From Chara braunii (taxonomy: Eukaryota; Plantae; Charophyceae): 55,401 nt of DNA. Shown piece after piece: positions 24,842 through 37,643 of the stretch. The stretch is taken from NCBI GenBank assembly GCA_003427395.1, contig BFEA01000007.1, forward strand, positions 897,080 through 952,480. The letters run 5' to 3'. Position 1 is the first letter of the stretch. Each line of letters starts with the position of its first letter. Under the pieces are notes generated by a model. That model worked only from the letters and a program-made list of their open reading frames with translations, did not search any database and was not told the DNA's origin. Made by a program: the position numbers and the translations under genes.

Positions 24842-26953
24842 TGTCAAGTACAGCTCGAGAAGACTGGTTAAGCAGTCGTTCTACATAATCATCAGCAAGT
24901 CATCGGAGTAACGAGAAATAGCTCTTCCCTATAGATGATGCAGCAAAAGAATCAAAGAAGGTTGGTTGTGGAGAATTTTGAGTACGTGTGTCAATGGGTT
25001 TAAGGAACAAAGATCTTCAACACCTCAACAGGTTTTAGCCATTCAGGAGTGACCTGCGGGCTTATAGTCCATGCAAAAACAAAGCTTTGGGATGCCTTCT
25101 TGACCTGCATGATTACTGACTACAGCAGTAGCTGATGTGTCTGTGTGATGACATCATGGCCGCACTTCTACCAAGGAGGCATCCGTATGGAGGCATGCCA
25201 GACAGCAGGCACCATAGTGATGCCTGCCGTCTGACAGAACCCCATACAGAGGGGATGTGGGAGGGACACACACATGACCAATTCAGGATCGAAAGAAAAC
25301 AGGGGTTGGCGCCAAGCTGAGGACTGAGCAGGAGACAAGAGGGAGTCTCAGACAATAAAATCCCAACTAACAGACCAGAGGGGTGCTGGGAAATGAGAAG
25401 GTTGGCCGAGACTAGAACCAGGGAGGTAAGGACCTCAACCTGTAAGTTAAGTCTGAAAAATCACCAAATGATGGGTTAAATGTGGGAGTTTTTTTTTTTG
25501 TTTTTGTTTTTTTGTTTAACAATCCGCCCGCGACAACAGGTAGGAGTGATGGACAGCCTGGCGGGGTCATTTTGGATGCAAGTAAAGGCTCTTTCGGTGG
25601 GGCAACTAAGTCTGAAGGTATCAAAAAGCGAAAGAGGGGCGCGCAAGTCTCTCAGCATGCGTTCATCTTCCTCCGAATTGTGAGCCGCGGTGTGGGAGAC
25701 TTTCCATTGGTCCAACTAAAAGGGCCTTTACCCGAAATAGGCCTCAGGCCTTGTAAAAGTAAAGCAGCACAGACCTTGTAAAAGTAAAGCATTGTGAAAA
25801 GGTATCTCGCCAGGGCTCAGAAACGTGCAAGCAGGTCAAAGGTCAAGTTCTCTATCAACAGGCACATCTAAATCTAAGGCAAAGGGCATTGTCAAAAGAC
25901 TTGTATCTCGCCAGAGCTCAGAAACGTGAAAGCAGGTCAAAGGTCAAGTTCTCTATCAACAGGCACATCTAAATCTAAGGCAAAGGGCATTGTCAAAAGA
26001 TTTACCTGTTCACCCGGAGATGTGTATGTCATGTCTGTTCGGGTAAGAGTGTGTCTGTACGTGCAGGCAGTGTACCTGTTTGTGCAAAGGAAAGTGTCTG
26101 TTCAAGCAGTAACTGTGTCTGTTCATTTAGAGTTGTGCCTGTCCGAAAGTAAAGTCAATAGGCACAGTCCCAGTTCTGGCCTAAGTCAAGGAGTCAGTCC
26201 AGATCCAGACTTTCAAGTCCAAATCCAGGCCGAGAGGCCTCAGCAGCAGTTGAACTTCATTGGGACTATACTGGGACACATGCAATGCAGGGTCTGGGAC
26301 AAAGGAAAGGCCGAATTGAGCCGATGCAGATCCAGCGAGGAGTGGCCAGCACTATAAAGGGAGCTGCCTGCCTCTTTCCTCGCCAGATCTCCACTGGCTG
26401 CAATGCGTGGAAGTGCTGGTGCACTTGTGCGCTGAGTCAGGAGGAGCAGCGCTGGAGGTAGAAGATGCGCTGAATGGAGGAAGAAGCCTGCACGCTGGAA
26501 GTGATGCAGCCATAGCTGCCCAGCGAGTTTAGCATTAGTAGTAGAGGGGTTAGTATGTAGCTATGAGTAATATCCAGAGTAGATCCTCATGAGTGAAGAG
26601 TGTGTATGCATCGTAGAAGGAAGGGATTGAGGCTGAGAGTGTTCATTCAAGGTTTGGCTATGGAAGATACTTACCTGAGTTGGATGTGACCTGCAGAGGT
26701 GGCGCTGATGAGTAGTGACCACATTGATGACTTGGAGACTATCTGCAGGAGTAGCGCTGATTCACTGGAAGTCATATTGATGAGTTGACAAGAGATTGGT
26801 GTTGCGCTGATGAGCGCTGGACTCAGGGGAACTTTGAAACACTTTGTATTCATATTTCTGATAATATAAACTGTGAAACTCGGTCCTCTTCTCATCTACC
26901 TTTGTCTATGACTTGAGACTGTTGATCATGGTGTGTCAGGATGATGCATGACA
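24842..26953 (+). mobile_element. LTR-like element (TGTCA...TGACA)
   Basis: Inverted termini. TATA context TGGCCAGCACTATAAAG (~26343) matches that of the solo LTR at 22499-23840. Internal tandem duplication with a 101-bp period (25802-26000). Confidence 0.6.
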
Positions 26954-26966
26954 TGTACACACTTGC

Positions 26967-27770
26967 GTGAAAGGGTCCCCAGGACCCATGCACAACCACC
27001 TGTCCGGTTCAGCATTGAAGTCCCCTGCTAGTATTAGAGGGACATTCGGGGCAGGGATTGTTTCTATTTTTTCAAAAAAGGACCTAAGGACCTTCTTTCA
27101 CGGGTCGTGTTTGGGGCATATATGGATATTATGCATACAATTTCCAGTTCCAACATGCCCAGTATCTTGACCCATTGTCCCTCCTCCTTGTCCTTTTCCC
27201 AGCAGAGTACCTGAAGTGGTGAGTCGGGCGGTATCCATATCGCCACGCCTGAACTCCCTGGACACGGGGCAAAAGCTTGGTAGCTTTGGAAGGGCCAGGC
27301 CTGCTTGTGTGCCCTGTGGTGCTCTGGCGTGTCCATTAGGTGGGTTTCCTGAACGCAGATTACATCGAGTCACGATCTTCCCCCAACTCCCCTCATCAAG
27401 TCCCACAATGCTTTAATTTTTTCTGGGTTGCGGGATGCTAGACCGTTCACGTTGACTGATCTGATATCTAGGTTTGTTGCTGTAGAGTGTGTTTCCACTT
27501 TTTATTCCTTCCATACACCATGTCTACCCAGTCCATCGTGGTTGTGATTGTGCACCCCTTGTCCTTCCTCCACCTTTTAAGCAGCTGCAACCATTCTTGT
27601 TTCTCCCAATCTACCCCTTTATTGAGGATGTTTTTTCTCAATATCGAGCAAATACACGTGAGTAACTCATCTGTCGACCAGATGTTACTTGGCTTAACCT
27701 TTAGTTGTTGGGTGTCCAGGAGCATGTTGTGTGTGTGCCATTGCAGCCTTGCTTCTTTACTCTCTTCGAC
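26967..27770 (-). pseudogene. LINE fragment: APE endonuclease N-terminal half plus upstream coding segment
   Basis: SVNVNGL, VICVQETHL, GVAIWIPP, ISIYAPN, GDFNAEPD. Colinear with 42690-43410 of the large LINE. Confidence 0.88.
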
Positions 27771-30700
27771 CTCATGCGATGCCTCTCGTGATATCCGTAT
27801 CACAAAAAACCGTGACGTCAACAACTTGAAGATGAAACCGCCACCTACGGCCTCTTTCGTGATAAACAGACCGAGCAAAAGAACCTCCTCCTCCACTTTA
27901 CGTTAATCACGTTATCTCGTTGTCACTAAAACACCACAAAGACCTTCGTCGCCCAAACTCACCCCCTCCGTCTTCGTGGGAGGAAAGCAACCTCGCCATG
28001 ACAGCCTCGCCAACATGCGAAGCCCTTTCACCAGCGAACGAAGCACTAAACAGGCACCATCCTGCCAAGCAGGAGATGCTATGGTCCGACCTCGTCGAGC
28101 CTGGCGACGAGTGCCACAGGGGGTTCAAGCCACCAAAAAAACACCACAAAGCAACCTCCGGGGCAAAAAAGTCAGGGGGAGGAAGGGGCCGTGCCCATCC
28201 TGCTTTCTGCGCGCCTCCTCAGCGTTCGTCTCACCACCACCATCTCCACAGTTCCGGCCTTCAGGGATCATCTGCCATGCCCACCCGAATGCCACCTTCG
28301 AACACCAGCAAAGACAAGCCGGCGGCGCGGCGCTCCCGGTCGTGCCGCGCCGCCCCCAATCACAAACAAACATCGGCCTAACGTTCCACCAAAAACAGCG
28401 CCAACAATTTTCGGGGGTCCACCAGGCACTGGAAAATCACCTGGGGACCCCAAAAAAAAAATTCAAATTTTCTAGAAATGGGGCCCAACCGGACACCGGA
28501 TCCGGACATCCAGACCGGACCATCTGAATCCCGATCCGGACATCCGCTTAACAACTGTGAAAAAACTACTAAAACCACTCTCATACTTAATCCGCAGTTA
28601 CCCCTTTAACCAGGCTAATAATTTTTGCACTGTGGGATTAATTGAGAATGATCTGGTTGCAGTGCAGCCGTAGATCATGCCTGTCACCAAATAGCCAGAT
28701 AAATCAGCTCTAAGCAGCGGTTTCTCCCTCGAAATATCAATGGGTTGGATAAGGAGGATACATTGATGACACTCGGAACTTGTATACAACAAGGTCTGTG
28801 GAGGTTCATAGCATGGTATGCTACAGCATGGAGGACACACATACACAGCTTCCCCCTCCATTAGCGGCCTTGCAGTTGACTCCCTAAGGCTATACATCAC
28901 TCCCCAAGAACAGACTAATAACTACCTCTACAGACACATCTGAGTACAATGTGGGGACCATCCTTTCCCAAATCTCATACCAAGTATCTTGTTCGTTGGT
29001 ACAACTACCCCCAGGAGGAATGTACTTGGGTGCCCTTTGAGCATTTAGAGCTTACGCTCGTGGTCGGGAAGCTATTACAGCGTCTTTCGGCCAACTGACT
29101 CCTCCTCTAACACCAGGCCTCGTTGGAAGTGCCCTTGTTTCTCAGACATCTCCCATTCCAGCCTCTTCAGCCCCGATCCGAGCTTCGCTTGCCCTCCTGA
29201 CTGTGGTGCCTCGCCAGATGGGCAATGCATCTTCCCATCCACAATGCATTCGCCGCTGCCCTCGTCATTACAACGTCTGACTGTATTGGCCTATCTCTCT
29301 TTTTCTCTTTGCTCATCCGGATATGGACAGCACTGGCAGCATTTTCGACTCTTGACTTCATATTCGACATTTCAGGCTTCAGATTCTTCACATTCCGGAG
29401 CAGATGTCTATCCACATTGGTGATTTCAGTGTTACTTTCTTGAACTTCAACTTGTTTGGCCCCAACATCATTACCCTCGTGCTAGGTCCCCCCTTATCCC
29501 TTATGTGTGACATGATGGTCTACCCTGCATCACATCAGTTAGCACTCCCCTCATGAGCTCTCCCTTGATGGCATATAGGCATATCGCTACTATCATCATC
29601 TTCGATCTCTTGATTGCAATCTAGCCCCCCCTTCGCCCATACTAGGTTAGTGTCCCTACGTAAACTCTCTGTTAGTGTTGCATAGGCATATGTGCCCTAG
29701 CGGTACTTTGGCATCTCTTGGTTGCGGTTTGACCTGCGTTCCTTCTCAACTTGTTGCACTCTCGTGTGAGTGGTTGTCAGACCTCCTTTCTGGAATCACT
29801 TCTTAATGAGTATGTGTCTAAACTTTTCAGTACATTACATTATCAATGTATTTCTATCCCGTCCTTTCATTTAGTCCGACCACCGATCATGTACTTAGGT
29901 CTACAGTACAGGCATTACCTGCCTTGGTAGACATGTTCTTTTGAGTCCCGGTAATGTCTTGCCTCCTGCCCTTAGAGCCTGATGATGTACGTACTGCTTG
30001 TGTGGATGCCCCCTTAGAGTCTTGATTCTTAGCGCTGCATTTGTCGACCTCTCGAGACCATCACACGTATGTTTGGTAACAATGCCGTTGTTTTTGTGGG
30101 TTACTACAGCGAGGGCAAGTTTGTGAGACTTCTCGGTATGTTTTACGGTCTCATATTCTCCATCGGTGACAGTCACACTGTGTGTTATTGCTTTGAGAAG
30201 AGCTTTGCGTGTGAGTACCTTTGGGACGTTTATAACTTTATATGTATTTGTGTCATTCACATGCTGGTGTGTGCTTTCATTATATTGGGTCCGTAGAAGC
30301 TCCTGCTGGGCATTTTTCCTTTCCGTACTCCCCACAGAGCAACTTATTCAGGACTTGTAGGATTGCACAATGTCGTTTTCTACATGCCATGACTTTCTGC
30401 ATGAGCTCGTTCCGCATTTCGGTGGCGTTCGCAACAGCTCCATAATCTGCTGTTGCAGATAGCGTTGCCGTGCCCCTGCCGCTTCCATGGCTCGGTTCAA
30501 TTGATCTCCCAGGACCGGGTATAGCAGGTTTGTAGACTGGCAGGCTGTCACACAGGGTTTTTGAATGAGTTATTCTCACTGAAGAACAAAAGAAAGTGTG
30601 AAATGGATGCGTTTGTGCTAGCCTTAGCCACTCTCAGCAGGGTCGTTGAGTAGAGCGTTGGTCTCACCACAGAGAGGGGAGCACTTCCATGATGCAGAAG

Positions 30701-32359
30701 CACTGGCAGGCCACTTAGTGAGGACCAAGTGGGCGTCGTTGCAGAGGAAGAGGATCATCCCGGGAAGAGTCACGCCATGCCTGGAGGGGAGCGGATCAGG
30801 ATGGGGAGATGGAGGTGAATCCAAAGATTGTCGGGCATCAAGCCTTGGATGATGAGACTAGTGGTTAGTTGTTCTTCCCTGCCTCACCTCTAACTCAGAT
30901 AGCGCGCAATCAATCCCCGGCGTAGCAGCAAGACTGTGTGCCCGCTCTTGCAAGCTCTGAAACTGCGCACGCCCAAGACTGTGCACGCCTTCTCCTGCTA
31001 GCTCCAACTGTGTGCGCCCAATCCCACAAACTACAAGATTGCGCACGCCCGATCCCGGTAGCTGCAAGACTGTGCACACCCGATCCCGTAAGCAGCAGCT
31101 GTACAGGGCGTGACCGTACTAGCGGGCCAGTGCACAGGGCAGCGCTGCTCCTGATTCTACTACCTCGTGTATGCGCCAGGCAGGGTCTGCTCTGACAGAT
31201 GATCCGATAGCTGCACTGAGCTCGATTCCGCTAACAGGCCAGCACGTGGAGTGGTGCCCGCTCGCGCGCGCAACAGAACTGGTTGTCTGTGCGCGTTTGC
31301 TCGTTCACAGGGGAGTTGACTGCCTGCCTTGGCATGCACACACTGTGGAACCAAGGGTTAGCGACCGCTCCCATGGCATCCGCGGGGGATCTGACTGCCT
31401 GCCCCCGCCTGCTCTCAAAGTGGAACCAAGTGCCTGCGACCGCTCGCATGGCATGCACGTGGTCGTGCTTGCTCTCGCAGGGGATCTGACTGCCTGCATT
31501 CACTTGTATTGCACACGCAGGGCCGTGCTTGCTCGCAGAGGGGAACTGATTGCTTGCTCTCACTCGTATTGCACGCGTGGAGCCGAGCTCACTCGTGCAG
31601 AGGAACAGGTTGCCCGCACCATGCTTGTACAGTGTGTGCAGAGTCGTGCTCGCTTGTGTAGAGGAATAGAATGCCCATGTGGCGTGTGGGGCTGCGCACA
31701 TTCGCATAGATGGTCAAGCCGCATGCACGCGCCCATACCTTATGCTTGCAGGATGTGAATAGGCCACATGAGTGGGGCTGCACTGATTGGGACTGCTCAT
31801 TTGATGTCGCCAGTTCAAGGGATGTGATCTAACGGCCACTCTGTTCACACGCGCGAAGTTGTCTGCAGACTCTGCACGGGCGTGTCCCACTCTCCTGAGA
31901 TCAGACCCGAAGTGCAGCAGGTGCCCATCTCGGAACCGTGTTGCAGCCAGGAGACCACGGACTCTGAGCATCACCCCACAACTCAAGTTGATTAAGTGGA
32001 ACCAAGCAGGTAGTGAGCCCCTGTCAGCCCACAGCCCAGAGGTTGCAGGTTGTGCAGATGCTGGAAAGACTGCAAGGCCTGATTGTTGAATTGCCCCGTT
32101 CTCAAATATGAGTTGCCCCTGACCTTGGGAACCATTGCAGTCACTGAAAACACGGTTCAATCCATGATGTCACACAAATCGCAGTTCAGTCCATGATTTC
32201 ACAGGAATCACGGTTCAGTCCATGATTGGGGATCAGTCCTCGCAGCCCAGGGACTGCAAATCAGCCTCTGCAGTCCAAAAATTGCAGATCAGTCCCTGAG
32301 GTCCAAAACTGTGTATCATTCCTTGTAGGTCAGGAGTTGCAGTTTGACTCCATTGAATT

Positions 32360-33005
32360 GCTGCCAGGCCCATTCGGGAGGGCCCTTCATTTCCTATCGA
32401 GTTGCTGCCAAGCTCATTCAGGCGGGCCCCTCATCGATGATGCTATTGTTGCCGAACCCATTCAAACGGCCCCGCATTTTCTATTGAGTCGTTCACTTTG
32501 ACAGGCCCCTCATTTTTATTGATTGGCTGATTCTGCCAGGCCCACTCAAGCAGGCAGTTTACTGCTATTTGCCTGGCCCATTCAGGCAGGCCCCTCACTA
32601 ATCTTGCCATTGTTGTCGGGCCCATTCAGGAGGGCAATTCCTACCTTGTTCGGATTGGTGCTGCGAGGCCCATTCAGGCGGGCCCGTCCTCATCCATTCG
32701 AGTTGTTGTTGTCTGGCCCACTCAGTTTGGCCCTTCATTTATCACCGAGTTGCTGTCACCGGGCCGCTAAGGCGGGCCCCTAATTTATGATTGAGTTGTT
32801 GTCGCCAGCCTCACTCGGGGGGGCGCTTGTTTATGACCAAGTTGTCGTTGCCGAGCCCACTCAGGTGGGCCCCTCCTTTCACATTGAGTTGCTGCTGCTG
32901 GCCCACTCCGGCGGGCTTATTGTGAGTTGCTAAGTGACGAGTCCTCCCAGGTGAGCTCACCAATTGTGCTGCTAGGCCCACTCAAGTGGACCCACATCGA
33001 GTTGC
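32360..33005. repeat. Degenerate ~45-bp tandem array with hairpin core GGCCCAYTCAGGYGGGCC
   Basis: About 14 recognisable units, e.g. at 32367, 32575, 32667, 32855, 32900 and 32975, with linkers containing GAGTTG(YTG)n. Confidence 0.75.
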
Positions 33006-33293
33006 AGACCTTGCTAGGATGGGTGAGCCCCCTTGAGCTGTTATGGCTCCTCGTCAGTACACTATACCCAAATGGGGCAGGCTGATTGAGAAGTTCGAGT
33101 ACGATCACCCAGTACATCAATTTTCCATGATCCGGGCGAACGAGCTACCCTCGACGTGGCGCATACTTGTCATCAGTTACTGGGTGAATGGGGCGGAAAA
33201 GGGTGTGAAGGGCGCAACCTACGACAGGATCATGGACTACATTTTTCGCAAGGAGAGCTGTTGGAGGGCCCACTGGTTGCACGCCATTTCCCC

Positions 33294-34698
33294 CTTTTTT
33301 TATCTTCTTTTTTTCTATCTTTTTTTTTGTGGGAACAAAGCTCCAATCTATTCGTATGTAAATTTCTATATGGGATGCTGGGCCCGGTTCCCAGCACGTG
33401 GGGAGCAGCACGTGCTGGGAACCGGACCCAGCGTCCCATATAGAAATTTACATAGAATTTTGAAGGAATTTTGAAAGCTTACGGTACCGGGGCCACTACC
33501 CGGCTTATGCTAAGAGCTAGATTAGGAAATACAAACAAGCTACCGAAAATAGGCAAAAATTTCAGGAAAAGACTCAGACCCCCCTCCATCCTCTTTATAT
33601 CACTCCGGCAAGTCTTACTACAGCAAAGCCACCATCTCTGCTGCTGCTGTACCCTATTACCATCCTACCACCTGGCCCCCTCACTAGTAGGACGCTTGAT
33701 ATCCAACCATATTCTCCCACTCACCTAGGCAAAGTTTCAGAAAACGTCTCAGAAGACCCCATCCATCCTCTTTACCTCACTCCGGCAAGACTTACTGCAG
33801 CAGAGCCATCATCTCCGCTGCTGCTGTACCCTATTTCCATCCTACCAGCTAACCCCCTCACTGGTAGGACGCTTGATATCCCGCCATCTACTTCCGGCAC
33901 AAACCAGTGACCACAGATCTATGAATATTACAGCCAGAAGCAACTGAATAGAATTTTGAAGGTTTGAAATACCGGGGTCATTACCCGGCTTTGGCGAAAA
34001 GAAAACAGTCAGCCCTCCTCCCATTTCCTTTCAACCCCTACTCTTCTTCATCTCCCGACGAGCCGACCTCCTCCACCACATAGTTCGGGAGAGAAGAAAA
34101 ATAGACCAACGACCTCCCCAAAATCCCGTAGCGATGAAAAACAGACTTCAATTCTTCCTCTTCCTACGACAGGCCGACCTCCTCTACCACATAGTTCGAA
34201 GGAGGAGGAAGAAGTAGTTCACTCCATCACAAAACAGGCGCAGCACCCTAACCTCCCATCCCCTTACCACCTTCCAGCGCAGACTTATAACAGCTAAGCC
34301 ACCATCTCAACTGCAGCTGTGCCCTAATCCAGTCCCGCCAGCTAGCCCTCCTCACCAGCAGGACGCAATGTTACCAATAAAAAAAACTTCCCCCCTCCAC
34401 TTCAGTCCCACGCCTGTTCCATAGGCAGGTAAAAGACAACTGATCCCCACCCACACTCTTCCTAGACCCCCTTATTCAACTTCATCCCGCGACAAGCCGA
34501 CCTCCTCCACCCATAGTTCGCGAGATGAAAAAAAGTGAAAGCAGACAACCCTCGACTTCCTCTTGCGACAAGCCGACCTCCTCCACCACATAGTTCGCAG
34601 GAGAAAAACGAAAGGGATCCACCATCTGAAACTTGCCAGCCCTACCCAAACCTCAGATACTGATCAGAACCTTCACCTGCCTGCCCCAAACCAAAGCT
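33294..34698 (-). mobile_element. Non-LTR retroelement 3' region (non-coding) with A tail and pseudoknot module
   Basis: T-rich tail at 33294-33328. Module at 33340-33437, interrupted by a fold-back. 33440-33890 is homologous to 51470-51830. Internal repeats (CCGACCTCCTCCACCACATAGTTCG x4). Runs into an N gap. Confidence 0.75.
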
Positions 34699-34863
34699 NN
34701 NNNNNNNNNNNNNNNNNNNNNNNNNNNNNNNNNNNNNNNNNNNNNNNNNNNNNNNNNNNNNNNNNNNNNNNNNNNNNNNNNNNNNNNNNNNNNNNNNNNN
34801 NNNNNNNNNNNNNNNNNNNNNNNNNNNNNNNNNNNNNNNNNNNNNNNNNNNNNNNNNNNNNNN

Positions 34864-37643
34864 ATGATTGAGGATCATTTTGGATGATTTAGGATGTCAG
34901 AGTGGGTGATTGAGGTCATGAAATAGAACAAGATGATGACTAATCAGAAAGACTGTCCACTCAGACTGAATTACTATCCTATCCCTAATTTCCTGTATCC
35001 ATTCCAAACAACCAATCACAATTGAGCCCGTGCTGTGCACCAATCAGGCCTCTTCCCGGTCTCACACCCTAATCTGGCTCTGTTACAGGGCAGCGCTACC
35101 CACCCTAGCTCCGACCATCGTTGGCCAGATTGTAGTCATTAGTCAAGTTTGCAGATTGCCTTCCTCCCTCAGCAATTCCAGACCTCTATACAAAGCCTCA
35201 AGCTCCTACACAAGCAGGTTACAAGGCACTGCCCCAGCACCGGCTAGCGTCGTTTTGGCGCCAACTCAACCTGGCCATTACACAAGAGGACTCAATCAGG
35301 AAATTAGCTAATCTAGAATGCCAACCAGAAATCAAGGATCTGATAATATCAGAATCTTGATCGGCAAAACTTTCGGATGATGAAATTTGACGAGTACCCT
35401 GAGATGATCACAAGATGATGGATAATGATGACGACGCTGATGATTATTTCTCTCCACCCCTCCCCTTCTTCCATGTATTTTCCTCCTCTCCCCTCATTTC
35501 CTCTTCTCCTCTCGCTGCCTCCGCTGAGCCGAACCCCACTATCAGCATGAAGTTCCTATCAGCCCCAACGAGAGAGAGAACCTCCCCATTCCCTTCTACC
35601 TTCAGGTAACCAGTTCCCCCAAAAGGTGTACCTCAAAACTAACACTCTGACCTAGTCTGCCTCCGCCAGGAGATAATGCGGCCCCATACATATCTCCCAG
35701 CCCCAGCCCAGGTCAGATCCTATCATCAGCATCTACTCCCTGGAGGGCAATCACCTCCCCCTTGTGTTACCCCTGCGGAGTAGCGCTCCCTTCCTGACCA
35801 ACCTACCTACCAACTAGACCATAGCCTATCTGGGAGATGAGAATATAATCACAAACACAGAGATGACTACTGATTGATGAAAAAAAGAATAAGGAAACCG
35901 TGATGATGATGATGATGATGATGATTGATGATGATGATGATGATGATGAAAAATTGGCGAAAATAAATAAAGAACGTTGGACTTGCGATACCCTAATGGC
36001 ATCGGTGTGGAAGATTGACAGCTCACTATTGCTGTAATGAAAATAGAAAATGACGATGATTACGATTTTTACAGAGAAGTCTGGATGATGACCATGAAGA
36101 AGATAAAGAGAAGATAAATAACATGGATGACGAATTAGAGAAGCCGATGATGATTACCACTGGTAACCAAATGAGGATTACAAAAATGACAGTGTCCTTG
36201 ATGAAAACCCCCCGCTGAAATGACAATGATGACAATCTTGATGCTCTTGATGGATAACCTGCACAAGACAAAACACAGACGAAAGCACATATATAGATTG
36301 ATGATAACCTCCTAGCCGCTCTCTTGATGATACTCTCTCAGTGGCATTGTGATGATTCTTCAAGTAGGACCAACGTTCTCCGCACTTTGGCTTCCACGGG
36401 GCTGACTCCACTTTCCTCCACCGACATCGACTTTCGTCAACTCGCATGAGCTCTCCAGCCTCTTTAAAGGTCTTGGCTATGGAGTACTTCATATGAAAAA
36501 CACAGGGAAAATGTTCAAACAGCAGTTGCCGCTACCATTCTCCCTTTTCCTCTGTGCCTCAGGCCAGATGCCACGTCAGCTTGTGACGTAGTAATGACCC
36601 AGCGCCTCTGGATACCGCGCGTGCGTCAAGCGCTAACCCTCATCTACTTCACAACATCACAGCACTCTCGCACCAGCGCCTCCCTCCAGTCGGCTGCCAG
36701 CACCGCGCCACGTGTCAGCTAGCATGTTACTAGTCACCACAAGCCAGCGCCTCGCCAGTTGCAAGTCACCAGCGCCCCACCACTCACCTGTTGCCAACGC
36801 CTCGCCCCCCACCAGCAGCCAGCGCCTCGCTGCACTCACACAGCCAGCGCCTCGCCACTCGCGAGAAGCCAGCGCCTCACAACCTGTGAGAAGCCAGCGC
36901 CCCGCCACCTTCGACCAGCCAGCGCCTCGCCTGCAAGCAACCAGCATGCCACCATCCGCGTGCCGCGGCAGCCCGGCGCCCGCCAACCATAGCGCTAGTG
37001 CTAGCGCTAACGTGCGCCCGTGGTAGACACTAAGGTAGGGTCGCCCCAAACCAAAGCTAACTCATGAGGGGAGGTAAACTTCATGCAATCCGAATTTAAA
37101 ATTGAGTTAGAGTCACTATTGAGAATCAAGTTCTAGAGATTAAAATTCGAAATCTGATTTATGAGTATCAGTATCAAGAGAATGAAGAATAGGAAAAACA
37201 GAATACGAAGTATTTCGATTTTCAAAATAGGGAAAACAATTTCCAAATTAAGAGTTAGACATATGCAATGACTTTTAGATTTTGATATCCAAAGGGATTT
37301 TCGAATCTGATTCCCAAACCACGATTTGAGAATCGTGGAATAATCCAGTTAGGGTGATGAATTTATGGTCGATATGTGATTAATATCAGGGGTAGGAAAT
37401 CAGAGCATGGATTTCAAACGTATTGGAATTAAATTTCGATTTTCGAAATCAAGAATAAGGAGTGATCCAGAAAATGGTTACGAGGATCAAATTCAAAAAC
37501 TTATACAGGAGATCAAACAGGGATTTTACATGCAACCACGATTAGGCATCCGAGGCACGAACTAGAGAAATCAGGGGATGGAGGGTAAGGAGAAAGCCGT
37601 GAGGGAACGTTCCTCCCCCCATGGATAGGATTCTAGTACTACA
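34864..37643 (-). mobile_element. Probable long LTR or LTR-element non-coding region
   Basis: Ends ...CTAGTACTACA (TGTAGTAC on the minus strand). Contains (GAT)n tracts and AGCCAGCGCCTCGC repeats (36650-37000), with no recognisable protein. Confidence 0.35.

Noticed and set aside
28480-28557. hAT-like terminus with TCCGGA repeats (and TATTCGA-type repeats at 55180-55295)
   Set aside because: Suggestive only; no partner TIR or TSD was found in the window.
32360-33005. CRISPR array
   Set aside because: Repeats are degenerate, linkers resemble each other, there are no cas genes, and the context is eukaryotic.
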